Assembly (NCBI GenBank): GCA_964036045.1
Contig: OZ038379.1
Coordinates: 32,736,001 to 32,800,000, forward strand
From: Eutreptiella sp. 'Long Island Sound 2002'
Lineage: Eukaryota; Protista; Euglenida
Length of the DNA: 64,000 nucleotides
Reading direction: 5' to 3'
Under the pieces are notes generated by a model, which ran no database searches, had not been told where the DNA came from, and was given only the letters and a program-made list of their open reading frames with translations. Of this stretch, positions 1 to 12,946 are shown in pieces (within the stretch, counting starts at the first letter, position 1; every line of letters begins with the position of its first letter). Position numbers and translations under genes: made by a program.

Positions 1-899
1 GTCCACGCGCTTGGTTGCACATACATCATGGCCAAAGCTGTGATGGCACAGCTTACGACGACTTGGGGCAACCCAATTATGGGCCAGCGGATGCCGTGGG
101 TGCACGTTGCAGTTGGCAGGGGGTCGGAAACCCCCTACGGTTGCGCTCCACTATGCCACTCTAGGGCTTTACCAGGTTTACGAAGAAAGGAGCCCACAGC
201 AAGTACCCGTGTACGAGGATGAGTCGATAGAGACGAACATGGGCACGTGGTGTAGCCAGCACTGGTGGGCAGCGTGGATTCGTAAGGAGGTCCGTGATTC
301 AGGCCTTGGCACACGTCACGGGGAGAGGCTGGGTGCAGAAGAGTCGAGACAAACAGGTGCCAAGCGACGACGCACGCGTGGAGGGTTCGGACTCGGAGAT
401 CGCAGAGAGACTGGCAAGCGGCGATGAGGATGACTCGGAGGCGGAATATCAGTTCGACGAAGGAGACAACTAATGATGAGGATGGAGAGAAGGCCGCACA
501 CAGGGGGAAAGAGGAGACAGTGGAGATGCAGACGACTTGCAGGACGTACAATGTGATACATGCGGTCAGTGGGATGGCGAGTGTGCAAGGTGAGCTAATT
601 CCACGATTAAATGCAGCGTTTGTGTCAATGATTCAAGGGGTCCATGATGCGACAAATTCCCAGGGGGTGGCCGAATCTGGAGTTATGGAGGCTTTGAAGA
701 CAATGACGCAAGTTGGCCTATCACAGGCAAGCACTGAGTCCTACTACCTTGAGGATCAGGATGACTGCCAGGCACACCTTGAACTGGCCAGCAGGGGGTT
801 GGGGCCAGTGGGTAGTGTGCGCGTAGCCCCTAGCCCGTGCCAGAAATGGGTACCGAGGGGCTTGTGTAAGAGGTACCAAGAGTGGGAGTCAGACAGGGT

Positions 900-1700
900 G
901 CCTGAATTATCGAAGGGCAGGGGGGTAAAGGAGATGCTCAAGGCCATAAGAATGGCGAGGGGTTTGAAGGCTACGGCAAACACACAGGCCACAGGAAGAG
1001 CGGTGGTAATCCTGAAAAACTCGGCAAAGCGCAGCATGATTTTGAGCTGTAGGAAACAAAATCACGCCAGTGGAGTTGAGCCCAAAGGATTCCGTTTACC
1101 ATAAGTGGAGAAAATACGTGACCGCTTAGTTTTTGAGAACAAGCAGTCGAGGTGGTGGATGTGTAAGTTAGATCTGAGTAACTACTAGAGCATCCGCCTG
1201 CCAGCCCAGTGGAGGAACAGTTTTCAAGTGTATGTGCCTGGGAAGGGGGGTGGGGGAGAGATGGACCAGGCTGCCCTTTGGATGGTCTTTCAGTTCGGTG
1301 GTGTGCCAGAAATTGGTCTTAGGTATTGTGCATTGTGTGTTAGCCCGGCTGCAGACTGATGGTTTTGTGTATTTAGACAATATCTTGCTGATTGCTAGGA
1401 GGTCACAAGTGAAGCGAGGTGCACGTTGCGTCGCCCAGAAATTGCGTCGGGCAGGATGCCTAATCAGTCCCAAGTCAGTGTGAGAGCCGACGCAACGGCT
1501 AGATTTTATTGGGAAATGGTTTGATACAGAGAAAGGGAGTGTGGGGAACAGACAGGACACACTTGGTATGTGGATGCAGCAAAATCCAGGCATGGATACG
1601 TGGCGGCAACATGGGTACCCAAAGTGGGCTGCTGCATCTCCCTCCCCCCTCAGTGGGTAAACTCCCAACAAACAGCATAGCTGATGGCCATTGTTAATGA
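900..1700 (+). mobile_element. Degenerate reverse transcriptase of a tyrosine-recombinase (DIRS/Ngaro/TATE-like) retrotransposon
   Basis: Joining ORFs 424-1104 and 1232-1483 through stops gives ILSCRKQN..PKGFRLP, KLDLSNY, WTRLPFGWSFS, VYLDNILL, LISPKSV and LDFIG, i.e. RT motifs in order with YxDD degraded to YLDN. Several in-frame stops. Confidence 0.7.
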
Positions 1701-1949
1701 AGCAAAGCTGGCTGAGGATTGCAGTCAATGCATTGGGTTGGCAATTTCAGACAGGCCGCAGCACAACAACACATGGCAAATATCTACAGGGAGCTGGGAG
1801 CCCAGTTCGGACAGCACTAGGGAAGCGCGGGGGAAGGGAACCAACCCTCGGGGGAAATGCACATGTATTAGTTCAGGGTCCTGGTGCAAACATTTTACCA
1901 AATCATGTCTGATGACTGGACCGACGGACACCTTTGACAAATTGTTTCA

Positions 1950-3400
1950 GGGCAGACTTGCACGTTCTTTTGAACCTTCCCGCCACCGCCCTAGCTGCCT
2001 GCTAGAGAAACATGACCAAACCGCCACCATTGCAGGGGCACTTAATGAGGGCGTGTGAGTTTTCGCAAACAGAAAGAGGGGAAGGTCGTTGGCAGCCATT
2101 GGGATGGCCGGATTATGGCTCGTCGAGAAGTTGGAACTACCCCCCCCCCCCCAGTAGTATGGGACACTATTGGCCCATAGCCTGCCCCCCCGCCCTCCCA
2201 TTTGGAAGCCCTGTTGCGTGGGCCCTTGTCCTGCTTGCATTGGGTTCATCGGGGCATGGCCATTCCTTGCTGTGCTTGTCCCACGGCTTGCTGAGCTGCC
2301 TGTCCGTTCATCTTGCAAAAATGTTCCCAGTGCATTCCCCTGAGAACTCGCAGGGGGCTGATAGGGCCCCTTGCATGTCAAAAGCCACCCCTTTCTGAGA
2401 GACGAACATTTGCGTTTGACCTACCATTTGTACCCTTCCTCCCCTCCTCACCCCACCCGCCTAGCGGTTTGCTGCGCAGTGGCCGGGTCCTCCACACTTG
2501 AAGCAGTTTCCGGGGGGTCGGTGGGTGACTGTTAGCATAACTTGTCCAGGCTGTTGTACTGGTACGTAGTGCTGTCGGCCTCCCCACCCCTGATTTCCCC
2601 GTGGTGCCGAAGAGTTTTTGCCTTGCCATTATGCCCTGAACTCTTTGTTGATGACGTTCAGGTCACTTGGGCCAGCTCGTGCTCCGTCCAGCTTTGGTCT
2701 CTCTACGCAAATTCTCGGAGTACCACCAGTAGGTTGGACATCTAGGCGTACAGTAGCTGTTCTCCCATTATGGGATTTAGTGAGTCTACTGTAAGACCCA
2801 GCACCAGGCTCTGCCTTAGCGCTTCGCTCTCCACTCTCGCGGCAGTCAATCTGGCAATGAGCTCATGGAAAGCCGCTGGCTGCTAACCACTCATACCCAC
2901 CACGTTGTTTGTGTCCGTTCCTTTTGCTTGCTACGCTTCTGCCGTCTGGTTATTGTCCGCTCTCCACTGCACGAAACACCCTTTGACGAGGTTTGCTTGG
3001 AGTCCCTTCCACTTTCTGTAGACCGCCAGCGCTCTGAGGAGGTCCTCCTTTGATAGGTCCACTCCTGATATCACTTCCAACGCCTCGAGTGCACCATCTG
3101 GTATCTCCTATTCGGCAATGTCCTCTTCTTGGCTCAGTGTCATCTCGGCTATGTTATCAGTGTGTCCGCTTTTCCCATGAAGGATCTGAACGGCCCTTTC
3201 ACCCATCTGGCCCATGCCGCAACTCATGGGTCTCTTGTGTCTCCTTCCGCTGCATCTGCTGGCCTTTTTCTGTTGCCCTACTTTTGATCCTGCTTGCCTT
3301 GCCGTTGTCCGTTATTTTGGTCATCCACAGTTGGGTCCATATCCATGTTAGGCATTACAGGAGAGAGAGAAACAAAAACTCCATGAGTCTACACCGGAAC
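1950..3400 (-). mobile_element. Decayed gag-like region with degenerate CCHC zinc knuckle (LTR-retrotransposon-like remnant)
   Basis: Minus-strand reading near 2480-2510 gives CFKCGGPGHCAANR (last Cys lost). An upstream frame gives AFHELIARLTAARVESEALRQSLVLGL. Stops and frameshifts throughout. Confidence 0.4.
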
Positions 3401-3419
3401 AGGGCACACTTGACTTAAA

Positions 3420-5030
3420 CTTTAGTTTACTGGCACAAACAGGGGTTGTGCAATATACACAGTGCTCCCATTGGCGCATCGGACATAAGCTGTATTCTGG
3501 TCAGAATCATGGCAGCGTAACCACGATTCCAAGGCACAGGCATCAGTGGAATCAGTATCCTTTGGTGTCCGGTGCATCTTCGACAAAATCATCTTCCTTG
3601 TCCAACACAAGTGGGACACCTCAGGGCTTCAAAAGGGTGGCACCGCTTTGGAGTAGAGACTCCAAGATGCACCGCGCAGATGAGCCAATATGCGGGTGTA
3701 GCTCAAGGGTGGCGGTGGCACGTGCTGTGCCCCTTTCCCAAACCATTTTGAGATCAACACTTTGCACACTACAGTCTGCCGTGTATTGGAACAAAGTCAA
3801 GCGATCTGTGGTGTAGCGCTGATGTTACTTTCGCCAATCTGGATGTGCCTACAAAATGTCTTAGATGTCCAGAATGGCCTGCAAGCGGTCGCACAGTTGC
3901 AATACATCGACATTGCGGCAGCGGTTTAGGGTGTGGGATATGGACAACAAGTTCTCCGCAAGCGGCAACCCGATTTGGCATGTGTACAAATTTGCGGTGC
4001 GGTCGCCCTTGCATTACTTTTAGAGTAATGAAGAGGGTTTGAAAGGTCATTTGCAACCGCAAATAATGGCTTTCGGGTACGAAGTCCTTGGTGTATTTAT
4101 TGAATCCACGCAACATCAATTGATGGCCCGTAGACAAATTTTCCATTCCAACATACAAACTCAGCTTTGGGTCAAAGTACCGTGACATCAAAAAGTCAAA
4201 AACCTGCCCCGTCAACCGCACGTCCGGGATGGCTGCGCACAACACCAGTGACCAATCGCGCCCACCGAGGCTACAAGCAGCATCACCTATCCTTTTGAAC
4301 AATTGCAAGAATGCATCTGCCAGCGGCACACATCCTTGTCCTTCGGATTGCCAACCCGGTCTAAGATCGGACACCGAAACACATGTGCCATGGAGTGAAC
4401 TGTTGCCACCGTAATGCGCAGTCCTGACTCTAGTTGGAATCCATGGTTCAATGCATGCGAGCGGGTGTTTTTAAAGAGATGTGGCAGGTAAAAAAAAATC
4501 CCACCCCAACAAGCAACAAGACAATCAACACCGGGGAAGTCCAGTGTTTGTGATACTTGCAAGCTACCATGGTGCGCGGCAGCCCGTCGGGCATTACCGT
4601 CCGTGCTTGGTGACAATTAGTCCCCGCGGTCACATAGCTCACTAGATTGGGCCCATGTTGTGTAGGTGTGCTGGAGCATGTGTTGCATGTCCTGCCAAGC
4701 AAACATATTACACGAGTCATACATCAAGAAGGGTATGCCGCTATGGACCTCACATTGCATGGGGACAATGAGCCACACGGCACGTACCGATGCCCGTTGA
4801 ATGGTACCATCCTCTACGTGTTGCCGAAAAGCAAGTAAATCACCTTCGCTCTGTATTTCGAGAACTCCCCCATGGTCCATGCAAAACTCATATAGCAACG
4901 GGGAAGCACCCGCAACCATTGATGGCACAATACCCCCCTCAACTGCAGCAACTCGTCGTGCAACATTGGAATGTGTAGACAAGTTGTACAAACCATGCAA
5001 AGTAAACGACACAAACAGATGCACTTAGAG
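3420..5030 (-). pseudogene. Decayed protein-coding remnant, probably transposon-derived, unassigned
   Basis: Protein-like ORFs 3769-4374 and 4617-5024 on one strand, Cys-containing and broken by stops. Abuts a tandem repeat array at 5090. Confidence 0.3.
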
Positions 5031-5089
5031 TGAAAAAAGCAATCAGCATAGGATACATCACCGTTGCCGTCTCAAGCGGAATTGCCACA

Positions 5090-5560
5090 TAACCCTTGCA
5101 TTCTCGTGAACCCAAAAGAACGGAACTAAATCAGAAGTGGCTACCTCAACCCTGCCTTCTCGGGGACCCACAAGTGGGCGGCATTGCTGCGTAACCCCTC
5201 CATTCTCGGGAGTCCGCAAAGCCAAGCGCGGCGAGAAAATCAGAATTGGCCATCTCACCCCTGCCTTCTCGAAGGCCCTAAAGAGGGCAAAAATGCAAAG
5301 TCACCCTTGCGTTCTCAGGGGTCCCCAACACCAAGCGCGGGGAGAAAATCAGAAGTGGCTACCTCACCACTGCCTTCTCGGGGCCCGAAACAGGGCGGAA
5401 ATGCTATGTCAGCCCTGCATTCTCGAAAGTCCCCAAACAAGGGAACACAATCAGAATTGGCTACCTCACCCTTGCCTTCTCGGCCTGCAGCAAGTGGGCA
5501 GAATTGCTACGTAACCCCTACATTCTCAGGGGTTCCCAAACAAGGGAACAAAATCAAAAA
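5090..5560. repeat. Tandem array, about 55/110-bp units (AAATCAGAAGTGGCTACCTCACCCCTGCCTTCTCGGGG family)
   Basis: The motif aaatcagaa(g/t)tggc recurs at about 5128, 5236, 5346 and 5449. The same family occurs at 54000-54490. Confidence 0.8.
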
Positions 5561-5699
5561 AGGCTGCATTCGGGACAAGGACAAAATTGTGGTTATGCGG
5601 CCCAAAAGAATATCACACAAAAAATTCTATTGCCTTTGACAAGGCACCTCGAAGAGGGGAGAGGGAGGACCAAGGCTGGATAAGTGCATAAGCGGTTTG

Positions 5700-6180
5700 T
5701 GCCCCAACCCCTTGGGAGCCCCCCCCCCCCCCCCCCAAATGCCCAAATAGGGTGAAAAACACATAAAGAGGGGCTAAAACATGCTTTACATAGGATATTT
5801 GATCATTTTGGATGGTCACAGTATCGGAAAAATCAGTTTCGGAAATTTCCATTTTTGAGCTGCCGAGGCTGGAAAACTGCAAAAGCAGGTTGTGCCCCAG
5901 CCCCCTTGGGAGCCCCCCCCCCCCCCCCCCAACACTCAAATAGGGTGAAAAACACACAAAGAGGGGCTACAATATGCTTTACATAGGATATATGATCATT
6001 TTGGATGGTAAAAATATGGAAAAAATCAGTTTCAGAAATTTCCAGTTTTGAGCTGCCAAGGCTAGAAAACCGCATGAGCAGGTTGTGCCCCTGCCCCCTT
6101 GGGAGCCCCCATCCCCCCCGAACACCCAAATAGGGCGAAAAACAAACAAAGAGGGTCTAAAACATGCTTTACATAGCATA
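5700..6180. repeat. About 195-bp tandem repeat, roughly 2.5 copies
   Basis: ccccttgggagccccc...aaatagggtgaaaaacac..aaagaggggcta..atgctttacatag recurs at about 5708, 5902 and 6096. Confidence 0.8.
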
Positions 6181-6339
6181 TTTCATCTTTGTGAGTGGTC
6201 AAAATATCAAAAGAATGTTGCAAAAATTTCTATTTTTGACCTATAGAGGGTGCTTGTTTGTGCCGTTTGTGCACACACCAAAGGCCATTCAACCACCGAC
6301 GAACAACAATTTTGAAGCTTTTGAGGGGCCCGTGGCTCG

Positions 6340-6700
6340 GGCTAGATGGTCCCAGTGGCCACTACGTGGGTCCCCATGGGTGCTCAAGTATCCGTATTGT
6401 CACCAAATGATCACCCAAACCCATCCTCGGGGCAACGGAAGGGCTTTGGAATGAGTCGAAATGTGAAAAGTTTTCAAGTGTCACTAAACAGCCTGCGCAA
6501 CAGCAACTGCGAGGTGATTTTGGGGCTTTTGGAGGGCCCATGGCACTAGCTATACAAACCTAGCAGCCACCATGTGGGTCCCCATGCGTGCTCAAGCACC
6601 CATATTGTCACCAAATGATCATCCAAACCCATCCTAGGGGCAACGGAAGGTATTCATGACAACTCCAATTTCAAAAAACTTTCACGTGCCACTAAACAGC
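6340..6700. repeat. About 210-bp tandem duplication
   Basis: gtgggtccc..tgctcaag..ccgtattgtcaccaaatgatca.ccaaacccatcct.ggggcaacggaagg is present at about 6366 and 6574. Confidence 0.75.
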
Positions 6701-7639
6701 CTACCCAGAGTTCAAACGGCTAAGCCCTCACTGCCAAGGGGCTATATGGGGGGGGGGGAGGGGGGCGACTGGGGATTCCTGGAATTGGGACCCGGGACCC
6801 CCGCCATGGGTTAGGGGGTTCATACACAGGAAAAAAAATCTTCAGGACCCAGGTCCAAATACAAACACAGTGGCCACAATACGCAAATAAGTTATGACCC
6901 CCCCCCACCACCCCCCACCCCCCTCTCAAAAAAGGGGTACCTAGGTGCGGGAAGGGGGGGGTACGGGGGTAAAAATCCAAACAATCATCGGGGGATCATT
7001 TTTGGTCCTAAAATGATGATTTTACAAGGGGTTAGACATCAGAAACCATACATTGGGGTATGCGAGTTGAGCAACCCCAAAAAAGGGGGGTATACGACGC
7101 TTGCGCTTGCGCTTGATCTAACAACCCCTCTTCGAGGTGATTTCGCACAAGTGGTGTGCTTGCATCGAAAAACACCCTTAAAACCCCCCCACGGACCATT
7201 TAAAAAGGGGGGGGGGTTTCCGAAACCCCTCATGGCATCGGATTTCTGAGACCCCCCGCCCCCCTGCCAATAGATTTGTATAGCACTGCCGGTGTCTAGT
7301 GCCGTGTCTTCTATGACCTGTTTGTTGGTTAACATGAGACCGGTGTGTGTGTGGGGGGGGGGGGGGGTCGTGGGTAATAGCGGAATGCATATCCCACTGC
7401 TAATGATTGCGGGCATTGCCATGCCAGTGCTCATTGGCATGGTTCACATTAACGGGGCGTGGGGCGGCATATCACACAAGAATTGCTAGGCCAAGTTTTT
7501 GTTCAAAAATTGCATGTGCATTGTGCACTGAAACACCCTCAGGCCACCTCTGAAAAACACTGTGACACGGCAAGGCAGCTAGGCCAATACGATAGACATT
7601 GAACCACTGCCAACCTGGTACTTTGATGTACCCATGAAC

Positions 7640-8150
7640 ATCTCATGTAGAGTACATCTATGCACTGGCATGCAACCAACACATATGTTTAAGTGGCAAT
7701 TACCACACTCTCATATCTCATTTGGACCTTGGCCGCACAATTGGCAACAAACACCATCGTCATTCTCCTCCTCTTCCTCAGTAGCTTTGTCTCGTGTCAA
7801 CACATACATGAGGCCAAGTTCCATAGGGCTGATACCTAGTCTACTAGTAGATAGAAAATTGAGTACCATGAAGCAAAATGCGAACATGATTGTGCAAATG
7901 GTGCAAATAGTGCAAATAGTGAGCCTGCCCACACATGTCAGAAAGCTCAGGAGAGCCTGCCCACACATTTCGCACAATCCTCCGGTGCCACAAGCGAGCA
8001 AAGAGGTGCTCCATCCTTGCATGATAAAAGCCATGCACATCAATATATGCTTGTTGGGCTTCCGTCAAAATCTTCCGCCCCATATACTGTACAACAATGT
8101 GCATTTGTACCCATTTTCATCCACAGCCACAATTCGGCAAGGGTGATGTC
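7640..8150 (-). pseudogene. Decayed coding remnant with acidic tract and Cys-rich PHD-like segment (transposon-like)
   Basis: EEEEENDDGVCCQLCGQGPNEI*ECGNCHLNIC..C; upstream frame IDVHGFYHARMEHLFARLW. Frameshifted. Confidence 0.3.
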
Positions 8151-8619
8151 GCCTCATTGATTTCTCCTCAACATGGGGACGCTCGAAACGGCAGGGGTGG
8201 TGTAGCCTTCTCTATTTCTCCCTACCATGGGTCCTTCACGAATGCACGGGCAGTTCTATGGTTATGAAGCAGGAAAGCACCGAAACTGGGGCTCGGGTAG
8301 TTACCGACATACAAAACTTTGCATTGCGTGCACGTCACATCCCCACTTCAAGGGGGATGGGTTATTGGGAGCAGAAACTCAATATAGTGGCTCATGAGAA
8401 GGGCATGACATGGGCCCACCTTCCCGGACATTGATTTGGTCCATTGCTGTGCCCCCCCCCCTCCCCCGCCCCCAGGGGCCAAGTGCACAGAGTCTCCCAT
8501 GCTTGATGGATAAATGGCGTCCTCAGATACTCTACCCTGCGCCCCCGCCAGCTCCTAACAGCTACACCTGCGCCCTCCAGCGCCACTTCTGATCCGGCCC
8601 ATGCCTCTCACTTGGGGGT

Positions 8620-8900
8620 GTTTCGGCACAGCGCAGGCACAGCGTGCGCACACCGCCGATTATTACGTTGTTTATCCCGGGAACACCCCTGAAATTCAAA
8701 TTCAAAACAGCATGGGGTGCAGAATTCAGGACCCTGGGACCCGTGGCAAGCATCACACTAAAACAAAAATCCCTGATGTACCAGCACGGGGGATGTACGG
8801 TGCAGAATTCAGGACCTTGGGATCTGTGGCTACCGGTGGTGGAAAACGGCCGACTTTTCGCACAGCACGGGCACAGCGCACAGTGCGCCCCCTTTTGCGG
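8620..8900. repeat. Dispersed about 290-bp MITE/SINE-like family, copy 1
   Basis: Near-identical to 14535-14820 (gcacagcg..attacgttgtttatcccgggaacacccctgaaa..ggaccctgggacc..ggaccttgggatc..gtggaaaac..gcacagcgcac.gtgcgccccct). Related pieces at 61730-61800 and 62175-62240. Confidence 0.8.
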
Positions 8901-9256
8901 TGCGCCCCTGCCCATGCGGCTACCTCAGACACTTCAAATCTATGGCTTTCTCACGGCTACGCCCGGCACACACGTCACACACACGGCTTCTTGCACAGAC
9001 ATACCGGACAAACGTGGCTACCCCACACCCCTCGTCCATCCGCTACCTCACGCACACATGCACACACACACATGCACGCACAGACACGGCTATTCCTCAC
9101 ACATGTCTCTCGCACACCGACCTCACGCTGTCCAAAATTGCTGAACACACTGTTGTGCCCTCCATGGCCCTTGCCCCATGTGCACTGCCCTCATACGGCG
9201 GCAAGCCGTGCCTGCACCCTCTCGCTTTCCCCTTTTGCGGCTTTCCGTGCACAGAC

Positions 9257-12200
9257 CTTCACTATAGTGTAAGGCCCCATGACATCAGGAGCGGTGGCTT
9301 GAACAATTTCGCTGTTGGAGGACCACGTCAGAATGCCGCAGCCATGCACCATCCGAGAGGCAAACAAGTACCACTCCCCAGTGGGGGCTTGGGCTGCGGA
9401 GGCGCCCCAGGTGGTGACCCCTGCATGGCACATAACACATCCACCGGCAGTGTGGCGGAAGGATTGGGGGGTGACATGCACCCACAGGCAGTGCACCATG
9501 CTGGGCTAGTGTCAGCCCCCCCCCCCCCCCCATACACACATGCCCCACTCACGGACCTGTGTGCAGCCCCTTAGAGCCGGGGTCCACATGGCTGCAAAGG
9601 GAGTCCTCCAGCCCTCCGCACAGCCCTCCGGACCTTTGTAACATGTTCTCGCCCGCTGTGCAAAGCCCCAGACCTGTATGCGACCTCCTGCGCCCTTCCA
9701 GAACACTTTTGATCACTGTCAGGCCCTCTACACCTTCGCACCACCACGACTGTTCTGCGAGCCTCCGCAGTAGAATACTCCCGTACACTTTGGCCAGCTG
9801 TTGGGCTCTTACCTACATGCAATGCTGCACGGCCCAACCGTCAGACCTGTCTAAACACCTGTGGTGCCTGCAGCCCCACCACAGACGTGCTGATTGGCAA
9901 AAAGGCTCATTTGAGGATGCCGTCGCACTGCTGTCGCATGAGAAAAGACCAATTCAATGTGGGCATGTTGCATGTGGCAGTGCAACGGCCAAGGCGTGTC
10001 AACAGACTTTCAAGGGCCAGGGTTGAACAAACACACACAACACGACAACAGAAATGAAGTCATCCGCCATTGTTGCAGTTGTTTGTTATGTTACAGTTGT
10101 TGCCCCGGAAGTCATGGGTTATAACAGTGGTTCACATTTCCATCTGGATTCTCGTGCCCCCCAATTAATCAGCATAAAAGACTTCAAAGTTCCATCTTCA
10201 ATTGAAAGCAAGCCCTGTGCCTGTGCGGTCACCCCGGTATCAAATGGGTATCTGTGGCTGAACGCCATCCCTCTCGCCCCAACAGCAACGTTCACCCACT
10301 CATGGCATCCGTCCCGACTGGGTAGTGCAAATGCAGTGCAGTCCAGAGCTGCTTGGGGCATCCCTTAAAAACACTGCGCCCCGGTGCCATGTTGTCGAGC
10401 TCCTGGGGCCCGGCCGCACTCTGCAGCGCCCTGTTTCTGGCGGCTGCTTCAAGCAACTTGCCGCAGAAACAGGGGTACCGTCATGTCTGCCCCCCACTCA
10501 CGCCCCCTGCGGCGCCTGTGCGGCGCGTCAGCAGCAGGAGGTGCTCTGGGGGACAGAGAGCACGCAGCAGGGGGGCATCAGGGACGAGGGTTTGGAAATG
10601 GCCACACCTGCACGGCTGGCCTTATGGAACGCTGGCTGGGCCGTGCCTGGCACGAGGTCGAGCACTCCGCAGGTTGGCCCTGTCCAGCCTTGCAAACAAG
10701 AGCACTGTCCACCAGCCAAGCACTTGCCTGCGAGGTTGCACTGCTCGCATACGTCTTGCATGGAGTCTACTGCACCTGCATCGCATGCGTGGCAGCGGAA
10801 TGCACCAGCCACACGGGTCGGGAGACATTGGGGCACCGGCTGAACCAATCCCAACCAGTCCTGGGAAACCAATCTCACCCAGCTCAACCAACCTGGGGGG
10901 GCTTTGGTGCACGTGCTTTGTTGAGATGGGTGGGAATCCATTCACTCACTCCGGGGGGATACTAAAAAAAATCCCAGAAAACGTCCGACAACAACCAGAC
11001 GAAATGTACTTCAAACCCCCTGAGTTGTACCATAAAACCGCCCTAATTGTACCATAAAACGGCCCTAATTGTACCATAAAACCGCCCAAATTGTACCATA
11101 AAACCCCCAAGATGTACCAAAATCCGGGGAAATATGCCAAAAAAAACCCAAAATGTCCCAAAAAACCCCCCGAAATGTACAAAAAAAAACCCTGAAATGC
11201 ACCAAAAAACCACCAAAAACCCCACCAGAATGTACCAAGAAAACGCACCGTACAACCCCCCAAAAATGTACCAAACCCCCCCCCCCCAGGGGGGGGTTGA
11301 TACATTTTAGCCGGGGGTTTTTTGGTACATTTTGCACCAAAACGGGGGGTTTTTTGGTATTCACCAATTCTACACGTGCATGGAACCTCTGGCTTGCAGT
11401 CAATTACCCCTCAACTGGGTGCGTGGGTTCTTGGCACAACCCTAATGTATGCAACACGTGCGCACCGTGTCCGCAACTCCCTCTTGGCGCAAAGCAAAGC
11501 AAACACGTAACATACAGCAGCAGTGGGTTTCAGATGAGGGCCAGGCTTTCCTCGTCAGTTTTACAAAACAGGACCCCTGGATACAACAAATAAATACATG
11601 TGCCATTGGCCCTTTCACAGGTGGAAGGTATGGGCAGCTAACTGAAGTTCGAAAACTTCTGAAAGCCAACCTCAGATGGCCCCCCACCTTACAATGCAGG
11701 TGCTCCCTACACACTCAGCGACGGCAGGCACATCTGATTTCTTATATTCCTGCAAGGAAGGAAGGGAGATCATCCCTGAAACTGGTGATAAGAAAATGGG
11801 GCAGCAGTCCAACAGCAGGACAGACATGTCCCTCCTCCCCCCTTGCGAGAACATCAATAAAGGCACTGAAAATGAGGGAAACAAACCCTCCTGTTGTTCT
11901 TACAAGGGCATTGTTGACGCACACCCTGAGAAGACACAAGCAGTGGCACCACCTCAGAGCCCAGTCCCTGTATGATGACCTGCACACCTGGACACCCAAA
12001 CATGCGGCAACAAGTGGCAGGCCGCCCATCAGCATCCACAAAATACCATCATCAGCCCCAAATAATAGAAAAACTTGGTCTTCACGGAAACACAGAAAAT
12101 GGATATGCGATGTTCTAAGGCTCCAAAAAAGCGGAAGCATCACCTCGCGTGTTGTTCCGACAAGAGATTGTTCTCACAAAGGGGGTGGGGGGTACCATGG

Positions 12201-12946
12201 AACATTCAAGCAGGTCAAAGCAAGCACATACCCACGCTGCCTTGGGGTGGGCCAAGCTCGTTTGAGCTTCGTTGGTTGCACTTCAGTGAGAATGATAAAT
12301 ATTTTTTTGTGTTCCGGTGCAGCATGAGTTCAAAGGTATGGACAAATGGGAGTGCACTTACGCAAACGCCTAGCAGCATGTACAGCTGCTGTGGCCACAG
12401 CTACTGGCTTTGCGCAGATTATGCCTGTTCTAGTGGGTTGCACTTTGGTGAGAATAATTATTTGGGATTAGTTGGTATGTCAACAGCCTCATGACACCGG
12501 GTTGCTGGATTACCGCAGACAATGGGAAGGAACTGAAGGGCCACAGTGCGTTCCTTGCCGGAGAAAATTGGCATATGTACCTGAGAGCACTTGGGCATCA
12601 ACCCCCCGTCCCCCCAGGACAACAGCATGAAAAGCAGGCTGAGTATACGCAACCTGCGTATGCAGATACCCTGCAGACAGACAATGCACAGTGTAGAGCG
12701 CCTCCTCGTCCGCCCCCAACAAGATGCCATACCGAGTGCTGGTGCTGTACCATGATCAGAGTCCTGGCTTTCGGAAGGCAATGCTTGCTCATTGGCAATC
12801 TGGCTGGCAGTAGCAGGGAGGACGATACCAGTCACTGGGGCTGCGCGGAGGGACCACACCACAGCACAGAGCAATACCCCAATGACTGCAATGAAGACCA
12901 CCAGGAATCGAAACTTGCTGAATGCATGCTTCCGCACAGCCCTCAT
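9257..12946 (-). CDS. Type II membrane protein with EGF-like domain and beta-propeller glycoside-hydrolase-like (GH43-type clan) domain; exons 12946-12733, 10775-10608, 9420-9257; 3' exons not found
   Basis: Exon 1: MRAVRKHAFSKFRFLVVFIAVIGVLLCAVVW (N-terminal TM). Exon 2: CNLAGKCLAGGQCSCLQGWTGPTCGVLDL. Exon 3: TTWGAS..GEWYLFASRMVHGCGILTWSSNSEIVQATAPDVMGPY. GT-AG junctions with matching phases (1,1,0): G|gtatgg, tgcag|GT, G|gtgtgg, tgcag|GG, AAG|gtctgt. Confidence 0.8.
10946..11360. repeat. MITE-like block of short TGTACC(A)-containing tandem units with an inverted end
   Basis: About 22-bp units ttgtaccataaaac at 11025-11105, diverged units to 11275, and inverted ggtacattt/ggtattc units at 11320-11360. 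Lies in intron 1 of the GH-like gene. Confidence 0.6.

Noticed and set aside
11449-12327. 292-aa plus-strand ORF in the GH-like gene intron
   Set aside because: No motif could be assigned; it may be a retroelement C-terminal remnant but this is unsupported.
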